Shown: positions 54,654 to 61,024 of the stretch, in pieces
How the letters are laid out: each line of letters opens with the position of its first letter
Numbering within the stretch: the first letter of the stretch is position 1
NCBI GenBank assembly: GCA_947628695.1
Contig: CANRAV010000009.1
Location: 8,551-72,550 of the forward strand
DNA length: 64,000 bases
Source: an uncultured Clostridia bacterium
GTDB taxonomy: Bacteria; Bacillota; Clostridia; Oscillospirales; CAG-382
Direction of reading: 5' to 3'
The notes under the pieces: generated by a model
What the model saw: only the letters and a program-made list of their open reading frames with translations
The model's database searches: none
What the model was told of the DNA's origin: nothing
Made by a program: the position numbers and the translations under genes

Positions 54654-55689
54654 AATAGAAGTTGTCGGCAGGCATCTCTCCGCCTACGGAGGCGGCGTTC
54701 TGTTCAAACAGCACGGAAAGATAACCGCTAAGCGCCGTCTTCATCTCAGCACCGGAAATGAAGGTAAGGTTGCACTTCGGCACGGCCTTTTCCGCAACGG
54801 CAGCCTTCACGCCTATGCGCTTTTCCACAAGGGGAGACGCCTCTTTTGCATTTGCGTTGATATATTCGACGGAAGCCTTGTACTCTTCAAGGAAGGCGTC
54901 GACTGCGGCCTTGTTGCTGTCCACAAACTCGGTGCGTGCGACAAGAACGCCCGTGACCATCATGCTTCCGTTGTCAAGCTTGTTCCACTCGTCGTTCAGG
55001 TTGATGACGGTGTTAAGCCCCTCTACCTGCGTTTCCGCTACGGTAACAAAGGGCTGCGGCAGCATGGCTACGCCGCTGTCTCCGGTTTTAAGAAGGGCTA
55101 CTACCTCGTTAGGCTCGCTCTTCCACTCTATCGTGAGGTCCTTGTCCGGGTCTATGCCCGCCTGAGTAAGGAGGTAACGCAGGTTGTATTCCGGCGTGCT
55201 GCCCTTGCCGGTGGCGTACACTGTTTTGCCCTTGAGGTCGGCAAGCGAGGAAACGCCCGCGTTCTTCTCTACAATATACAAAACGCCGAGGGTGTTTATC
55301 GCAAGAACCTGAACCTTGCCCTTTGTGTTGGCGCACAAAACCGCCGCAAGGTTTGCGGGCACTGCCGCCATGTCGAGGTCGCCTTTTACAAGAAGGGGCG
55401 TTATCATATCCGCCGTGGCTTCCACGGTGAAGCTGTATTTAGGCGTTCCCTCCGCAGCTTCTGCGTCCTCCATAAGCTTTACAAGCCCCATGGAGGTAGG
55501 CCCCGTAAGGCCGCCTATGCGCATCTGTACGACGCTTTCGGCTTCCGATGCTTCGCTTCCCGCAGCAGAAGCTGCGTCGCCGGAAACGGCGGACGAGGTG
55601 CCGGACTGCCCCTCCTCATCGGCCGAGCAGGCCGCGAAGGCCGCAAAGCACAAAACCAATACAAGTAAAATCGCTGTAAATTTTTTCAC
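54643..55689 (-). CDS. ABC transporter substrate-binding lipoprotein (NMT1/THI5-like fold family)
   Basis: Lipobox FAACSAD. GTG start after aaggag. 348 aa. The substrate cannot be determined from the sequence alone. Confidence 0.75.
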   Translation of the reverse strand: MKKFTAILLVLVLCFAAFAACSADEEGQSGTSSAVSGDAASAAGSEASEAESVVQMRIGGLTGPTSMGLVKLMEDAEAAEGTPKYSFTVEATADMITPLLVKGDLDMAAVPANLAAVLCANTKGKVQVLAINTLGVLYIVEKNAGVSSLADLKGKTVYATGKGSTPEYNLRYLLTQAGIDPDKDLTIEWKSEPNEVVALLKTGDSGVAMLPQPFVTVAETQVEGLNTVINLNDEWNKLDNGSMMVTGVLVARTEFVDSNKAAVDAFLEEYKASVEYINANAKEASPLVEKRIGVKAAVAEKAVPKCNLTFISGAEMKTALSGYLSVLFEQNAASVGGEMPADNFYYGA

Positions 55690-55743
55690 TTACACACATC
55701 TCCTTAATTTAAATTCCGCATACATTGTACCACAAGCTTCGGC

Positions 55744-55770
55744 GTTTTCCGTTGCAGCTGCAACGAAAAC
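55744..55770. promoter_or_regulatory. 27-bp near-perfect palindrome (candidate operator) over the -35 region of the ABC operon promoter
   Basis: gttttccgttgcag|ctgcaacgaaaac. On the minus strand an extended -10 element TGgTACAAT lies at 55732-55724. Confidence 0.45.
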
Positions 55771-55812
55771 ACTTTTGCTTCCTCGATATTTGATTTGTTT
55801 ACTTTTGACAGC

Positions 55813-55841
55813 TTGACATAGTTTTACATATATGTTAGTAT
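55813..55841 (+). promoter_or_regulatory. Sigma-70-type promoter for the flavin reductase/PaaK-like/ACT genes
   Basis: TTGACA (55813-55818), 17-nt spacer, TAGTAT (55836-55841). Confidence 0.5.
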
Positions 55842-55880
55842 TTATTTGTAAATATGCGATTTTTATGTATGGAGGGGCAT

Positions 55881-56483
55881 ATGAAGCAGAAGTGGAAGGG
55901 TGCGTCTTTGCTTTCTCCGCTTCCGGCGGTGCTGGTGTGCTGCGGGAACGGGGTGAAGAAAAACGTTTTGACCGTTGCCTGGACTGGGATTGTAAACAGC
56001 AAGCCGCCGAAGACCTATATATCCGTAAGGCCTGAGAGGTTTTCACACAAGCTGATAGAGGAAAGCGGCGTGTTTGCGATAAACATTCCCACAGAGGAGA
56101 TAGTGCGCGAGCTTGACCTTTGCGGCGTCAAAAGCGGGAAGGATACCGACAAGTTGGCGCTTTGCGGCTTTGAGACGGAGGAATGCTTTGACATAGACTG
56201 CTTCTCTATTGCAAAATGCCCGGTAACGCTTGAATGCAGGGTGACGGACAAAGTGCCGCTTGGCTCGCACGACATGTTCCTTGCGGACATCGTGTGCGTG
56301 GACGTTGACGAAGAATACATAAAGGACGGCAGGCTTTGCCTTGAAAAGAGCAGACCCGTGGCGTACTCTCACGGAGAATACTACGGGCTTGGGAAGAAGC
56401 TTGGAAGCTTCGGCTTTTCGGTTATTAAAAAATCCACTATAAAGAGAAAGGCGCGCCAAAGGCGCGAAAACAGCGCAAAGTAA
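55881..56483 (+). CDS. Flavin reductase family protein (FMN-binding split barrel)
   Basis: MKQKWKGASLLSPLPAVLVCCG...NVLTVAWTGIVNSKPP... The ATG at 55881 lies 5 nt after GGAGG. Confidence 0.8.
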   Translation: MKQKWKGASLLSPLPAVLVCCGNGVKKNVLTVAWTGIVNSKPPKTYISVRPERFSHKLIEESGVFAINIPTEEIVRELDLCGVKSGKDTDKLALCGFETEECFDIDCFSIAKCPVTLECRVTDKVPLGSHDMFLADIVCVDVDEEYIKDGRLCLEKSRPVAYSHGEYYGLGKKLGSFGFSVIKKSTIKRKARQRRENSAK

Positions 56484-57784
56484 TGGAAAGGTACTACCAA
56501 AAGGAAATTGAAACAGCCCCGCGTGAGCAGATACGGGCGTGGCAGGACGAAAGGCTTGTAAGCACGGTAAAGCGCGTTTACGAAAACGTGGAGTATTACC
56601 GGAACAAGATGGACGAAAAAGGCGTGAAGCCGGAGGATATAAGGTCGGCTGCCGACCTGTACAAGCTTCCCTTCCTCACAAAGGACGACCTGAGGGAAGC
56701 GTACCCTTACGGCCTGCTTGCAAGGCCGCTGAAGGACTGCGTGCGCATTCAGTCCACAAGCGGGGCAACGGGCAAGCGGGTTATAGCCTTCTACACTCAG
56801 CACGACATAGACCTTTGGGACGACTGCTGCGCACGCGCCATTGTCGCAGCCGGCGGCACCGAGGACGACGTTGTTCAGGTTTGCTACGGCTACGGCCTGT
56901 TTACGGGCGGTCCGGGGCTTAACGGCGGCTCGCACAAGGTGGGAAGCCTTACGCTTCCCATGTCTTCCGGCAACACCGAAAGGCAGATTCAGTTTATGTG
57001 CGACCTCGGCTCTACCGTTCTTTGCTGCACCCCGTCCTATGCCGCCTACCTTGCGGAGTCCATAATCGAACGCGGCGTGAGAGACAAGATAAAGCTTAAG
57101 GCGGGGATCTTCGGCGCAGAGGCCTGGACGGAGGAGATGCGGCGTGACATAGAAAACAAGCTTGGCATAAAGGCCTACGACATATACGGGCTTACGGAGA
57201 TTTCCGGCCCGGGCGTGTCGTTTGAATGCTCCGAGCAGGGCGGTATGCACATAAACGAGGACCATTTTATCGCGGAGATAATAAACCCCGTCACGGGCGA
57301 GGTGCTTCCCGACGGCGAGAAGGGCGAGCTTGTGTTTACCAGCATCACAAAAGAGGCCTTCCCGCTTATACGCTACCGCACGCGCGACATATGCGTGCTT
57401 AACAGGGAGAAATGCCCCTGCGGAAGGACACACGTGCGTATGTCGAAGCCGATGGGGAGAAGCGACGACATGCTTATCGTCAAGGGCGTGAACGTCTTTC
57501 CCTCACAAATAGAGATGGTACTTCTGCAGAAGGGGCTTACAAGCAACTATCAGATTGTTGTCGACCGTGCGAACAACAGCGACAGCATAGAGGTCAAGGT
57601 GGAGATGACGCCGGAGCTGTTCTCCGACACGGTTCAGCACCTTGCACTTAAGGAAAACGAGATAACCGAGGCGCTTAAGTCGGTTTTGGGAATTTACGCA
57701 AAGGTAAGCATAGTCGAGCCCAAGTCGATAGTCAGGAGCGAGGGCAAGGCTGTGCGTGTCATAGACAAGAGGCACTTGTATTAA
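56483..57784 (+). CDS. Phenylacetate-CoA ligase family protein (PaaK-like adenylate-forming enzyme)
   Basis: MERYYQKEIETAPREQIRAWQDERL...LPFLTKDDLREAYPYG...IQSTSGATGKR...YGLTE... Confidence 0.88.
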   Translation: MERYYQKEIETAPREQIRAWQDERLVSTVKRVYENVEYYRNKMDEKGVKPEDIRSAADLYKLPFLTKDDLREAYPYGLLARPLKDCVRIQSTSGATGKRVIAFYTQHDIDLWDDCCARAIVAAGGTEDDVVQVCYGYGLFTGGPGLNGGSHKVGSLTLPMSSGNTERQIQFMCDLGSTVLCCTPSYAAYLAESIIERGVRDKIKLKAGIFGAEAWTEEMRRDIENKLGIKAYDIYGLTEISGPGVSFECSEQGGMHINEDHFIAEIINPVTGEVLPDGEKGELVFTSITKEAFPLIRYRTRDICVLNREKCPCGRTHVRMSKPMGRSDDMLIVKGVNVFPSQIEMVLLQKGLTSNYQIVVDRANNSDSIEVKVEMTPELFSDTVQHLALKENEITEALKSVLGIYAKVSIVEPKSIVRSEGKAVRVIDKRHLY

Positions 57785-57797
57785 AGGGGGAAAAAAC

Positions 57798-58229
57798 ATG
57801 TCAATAAGGCAGCTTTCGGTCTTCACGGAAAACAAGCGCGGTTCTGTGTACGAAACGCTTCAAGCTCTTGCAGACGGCGGTGTGAACATCCACGCGCTGA
57901 GCATTGCCGACACTACGGATTTCGGCATACTTCGCCTTATAGTGGACGATTTGGGAAAGGCAGCTTCGCTTCTTAAGGAGCAGGGGAAGGTCGTTTCCGT
58001 AACCGACGTTATAGGCGTGCAGATGCCGAACGTTCCCGGCGGGCTTGCGCGCATTCTCGCCCTGCTTGCAAGAAAAGAGGTAAATATCGAGTACCTTTAC
58101 GCCTTCATTGCGGAGGTAAAGGAAAACGCCTACGTCGTCCTTCGCGTGGAGGACAACGCGGCGTCGGAAAAGGCCCTGCGTGAGGCGGGATTTACCCTGC
58201 TTAAGGACGAGGACATCAAAAAGCTTTAA
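57798..58229 (+). CDS. ACT domain-containing protein
   Basis: 143 aa with two ACT-like halves (QLSVFTENKRGSVYETLQALADGGVNIHALSIAD...). It is the typical partner of PaaK-like ligases. Confidence 0.8.
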   Translation: MSIRQLSVFTENKRGSVYETLQALADGGVNIHALSIADTTDFGILRLIVDDLGKAASLLKEQGKVVSVTDVIGVQMPNVPGGLARILALLARKEVNIEYLYAFIAEVKENAYVVLRVEDNAASEKALREAGFTLLKDEDIKKL

Positions 58230-58245
58230 GAGCCGTAAAAATACT

Positions 58246-58276
58246 GGGGCGGTTTTCAGCCGTCCCCGTTTTTTGT
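58246..58276 (+). terminator. Intrinsic terminator after the ACT gene
   Basis: ggggcgg-ttttcag-ccgtcccc followed by gttttttg. Confidence 0.6.
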
Positions 58277-58279
58277 GTT

Positions 58280-59011
58280 TTACTTGGAAAGCCGAAAGCC
58301 GGGTATCGGCTCCAGCTTAAAGCGGTTTGCTTTGTAAAGCCGGTCGATTTTCTCCTTTGTGACCTGGTCGTCTATCTCCCCTGTTCTTATATACCTGTCA
58401 AGCACGGCGTAGGTAAAGCCGAGGTTTTCCTCGTCGCTTTTGCCTGAAAGGCCGTCAATCGGCGTCTTTTCCACAAGACGCTCCGGAAGGCCGAGAACCC
58501 GTCCTATCGCCTTCACCTCCGTCACGGTGAGGTCGCAAAGCGGGCTGAAATCGCCTGCGCCGTCGCCGTACCTTGTGGCGTAGCCGACGTAGTCCTCGGA
58601 GAGGTTGCAGGTGTTGGCGACCCTGCCGTTTACGCTTTGCGACACGGCGTAAAGGGTTGCCATGCGTATCCTTGCGGGCAGATTTATGCGCGTTTGACGG
58701 CTTATCTCCGGAAGAACCGCAAGCCCCTCAAGCACGCCGTTTACGGCCGCGCTTATGTTCACCTCGTAGCGCCTGATACCGAGGTGGTCGACAAGCGCGT
58801 ACGCGGCGTCTATGTCCGGCTGAACCCCCTGCGGCATAAGCACGCCCACAACGCGTTCTGTCCCAAGTGCCTCGGCGCACAGCGCGGCGACGACGGAGCT
58901 GTCCTTCCCGCCGGAGATGCCCACAACGGCGCTGCAGCCCTTGCCGTTTTCCTCAAAGAACCTTCTTATCCAAAGGACGCACTCGTCCTTTACTTTTTTT
59001 GCGTCAAACAT
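58280..59011 (-). CDS. nadE: NAD+ synthetase, single-domain (NadE) form
   Basis: VVGISGGKDSSVVAAL carries the SGGxDS PP-loop. 243 aa. Confidence 0.92.
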   Translation of the reverse strand: MFDAKKVKDECVLWIRRFFEENGKGCSAVVGISGGKDSSVVAALCAEALGTERVVGVLMPQGVQPDIDAAYALVDHLGIRRYEVNISAAVNGVLEGLAVLPEISRQTRINLPARIRMATLYAVSQSVNGRVANTCNLSEDYVGYATRYGDGAGDFSPLCDLTVTEVKAIGRVLGLPERLVEKTPIDGLSGKSDEENLGFTYAVLDRYIRTGEIDDQVTKEKIDRLYKANRFKLEPIPGFRLSK

Positions 59012-59026
59012 CTTTTTTGCCCCTTT

Positions 59027-59842
59027 CTAAAGCTTGTAAATATCGGCGCGCCTGTCTGCAAAGACAGGTATTTTTTCACGCGCTGCCAAAGCTGCGGCCG
59101 TGTCGAACGACGCGCAGAGTATATCCTCTTCAGTCCCGCACGAAGCAAGGATGGAACCGTTCGGGTCGCATATGAGTGACGAACCGCCGAAGACTACGCC
59201 TCCCGCTTTCCCGCAGGCGTTGCAGCAAACGGCAAAGCAGCTGTTTTCAACCGCGCGTGCGCAAAGCAGCGTTTTAAGGTGCGAAATGCGCGCAAGCGGC
59301 CATTCCGAGACGACAAACAGCACATCCATCCCCCTAAGTGCAAGGCTCCTTGCAAGCTCCGGGAAGCGTAGGTCGTAGCATATTATTACACCGCAGCGCA
59401 CCCCGTCGAGCCGGAAGGTGCAAAGCCTGTCTCCTGCAGTGAAGTATCTGTCCTCTTCCATTGGGGAAAACAGGTGCGTCTTGTCGTACTCCGCTATGCA
59501 TTTCCCGCTTCTGTCGAAGACACGGCAGGTGTTGAATACCTTGCCGTCCCGCAAATCCGCCACAGAGCCCGCGACGACGTTTACGCCGTATTCGCGGGCG
59601 ATAAAGCCGGCTGTTTGCTCTGCCGCCTTCCTTCCGCCGTCCGAAAGCTCCCGCAAGCCCTCCCGCGGGAAAAAGCCGGTGTTCCAGGTCTCGGGAAGAA
59701 CCAAAACGTCCGCACCGCTTTTTGCAGCGCGCTTTAAAAGCGCCGCAGCGCGGTGGATGTTTGCGCCCGTATCGCCAAGCGATACATTCATCTGCACACA
59801 AGCGGTCTTCAAGGCCTTTCGCCCCCTTTTAGGTACCTGCAC
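59027..59842 (-). CDS. Carbon-nitrogen hydrolase (nitrilase superfamily); candidate glutaminase partner of NadE
   Basis: Glu-Lys-Cys triad context: VLPETWNTGF, YDKTHLF, GVIICYDLRFPE. The start is uncertain. It is either the GTG at 59842 or the TTG at 59812, which forms a TTGA overlap with the dapL stop. Confidence 0.8.
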   Translation of the reverse strand: MQVPKRGRKALKTACVQMNVSLGDTGANIHRAAALLKRAAKSGADVLVLPETWNTGFFPREGLRELSDGGRKAAEQTAGFIAREYGVNVVAGSVADLRDGKVFNTCRVFDRSGKCIAEYDKTHLFSPMEEDRYFTAGDRLCTFRLDGVRCGVIICYDLRFPELARSLALRGMDVLFVVSEWPLARISHLKTLLCARAVENSCFAVCCNACGKAGGVVFGGSSLICDPNGSILASCGTEEDILCASFDTAAALAAREKIPVFADRRADIYKL

Positions 59843-61008
59843 AGACGGTCGGCAGCCTCCCGCGTGTCCTCGGGACTACCGAAGGTGGAGAAGCGGAAAT
59901 AGCCCTTGCCGCACTCTCCAAAGCCGTCGCCAGGGATGCCTACGACCTGTATATCGTTTAAAAGACGGTCAAAAAACTGCCACCCGCTTTGCCCGTCCGG
60001 GCATTTCATCCAAATGTAGGGCGAGTTCTTTCCCCCCGTGTACCGTATCCCCGCCTCGTCAAGCGCGGCCATAAAGCGCGCCGCGTTGGCCTTATAGACG
60101 GCGATGTTCGCCCTTATCTGCCTCTGCCCCCCGTCGGTGAAGACGGCAAGCGCGCCCTTTTGCAGGATGTAGGAAACGCCGTTTGTGCGTGTCTCCCTGT
60201 TGCGCGACCACATCGCGTTAAGGCTCATGCCTCCTCTGCAAAGCTCCTTCGGAACCACGGTGTATCCGAGGCGCGTGCCCGTAAACCCTGCGGTTTTGGA
60301 AAGCGAGCATATTTCTATGGCGCAGCGCTTTGCGCCCTCTATCTCGTAAATGCTGTGCGGCACCTCCGGGTCTTCGACGAATATTTCATAAGCTGCGTCG
60401 AAGATTATAACCGCTTCCCTATCGTTGGCAAAGTCCACCCAGGCCTTAAGCCCCCTCCGGTCGTAGGCGGCGCCTGTGGGGTTGTTCGGCGAGCAGAGGT
60501 ATATTATATCGGCCTTTGTGCCCGCGTCCGGCAGCGGCAGAAAGCCGTTCTCCTCCCCTGCGGGAAGGCGCACTATCTCCCGCCCGGCGAGGATGTTTGT
60601 GTCTACGTACTCGGGATACGCCGGCTCTGTCACAAGAACGCGGTTGTCCCGGTCGAAAAGCTCAAGAATATCGCACAAATCGTCGCAGGCGCCGCTTGAA
60701 ACGAAAACCTCGTCCTCCGAAACGGACGCGCCGAAGCCCGCGTAATACGCGGAAACTGCCCTTCTAAGCTCCGGGCTTCCCACCTCCGGCATATAGCCGT
60801 GGAAGCTGCGTGCCGACGCCTGGTCGTCAACTGCCGCGTGGAGCGCCTCTATAACCGCAGGGCAAAGCGGAAGCGATACGTCGCCTACTCCCATCCTGTA
60901 CACCTTTTTCCCGGGGTTTGCCGCAAGGTATTCCGCGGTCTTCCTGTATACGGTGTTGAACAGGTAGCTGTCCTTTAGGTCGGCGTATCTCGCGTTGGGT
61001 TTTAGCAT
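59809..61008 (-). CDS. dapL: LL-diaminopimelate aminotransferase
   Basis: MLKPNARYADLKDSYLFNTVYRKTAEYLAANPGKKVYRMGVGDVSLPL...SLSKTAGFTGTRLGY. Confidence 0.85.
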   Translation of the reverse strand: MLKPNARYADLKDSYLFNTVYRKTAEYLAANPGKKVYRMGVGDVSLPLCPAVIEALHAAVDDQASARSFHGYMPEVGSPELRRAVSAYYAGFGASVSEDEVFVSSGACDDLCDILELFDRDNRVLVTEPAYPEYVDTNILAGREIVRLPAGEENGFLPLPDAGTKADIIYLCSPNNPTGAAYDRRGLKAWVDFANDREAVIIFDAAYEIFVEDPEVPHSIYEIEGAKRCAIEICSLSKTAGFTGTRLGYTVVPKELCRGGMSLNAMWSRNRETRTNGVSYILQKGALAVFTDGGQRQIRANIAVYKANAARFMAALDEAGIRYTGGKNSPYIWMKCPDGQSGWQFFDRLLNDIQVVGIPGDGFGECGKGYFRFSTFGSPEDTREAADRLCRYLKGGERP

Positions 61009-61024
61009 GTTTTCTCCTGTTTTT

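Noticed and set aside
55690-55860. TPP or other riboswitch upstream of the NMT1/THI5-like binding protein
   Set aside because: The predicted 5' UTR is only about 35 nt. I could not find the conserved TPP-aptamer motifs (for example the ctgaga and acctgatctggataatgccagcg-like elements) on either strand.
56381-57433. 350-aa minus-strand ORF. Comparable long ORFs occur at 54490-55668, 47625-48791, 31406-32578, 35492-36457, 36126-37100, 41473-42435 and 44997-45530.
   Set aside because: Each is antisense to a well-supported gene: the PaaK-like ligase, the substrate-binding protein, the CPBP and DJ-1 genes, the LarA homolog, folD, lgt, the oxidoreductase beta subunit and the U32 peptidase. I treat them as compositional artefacts.
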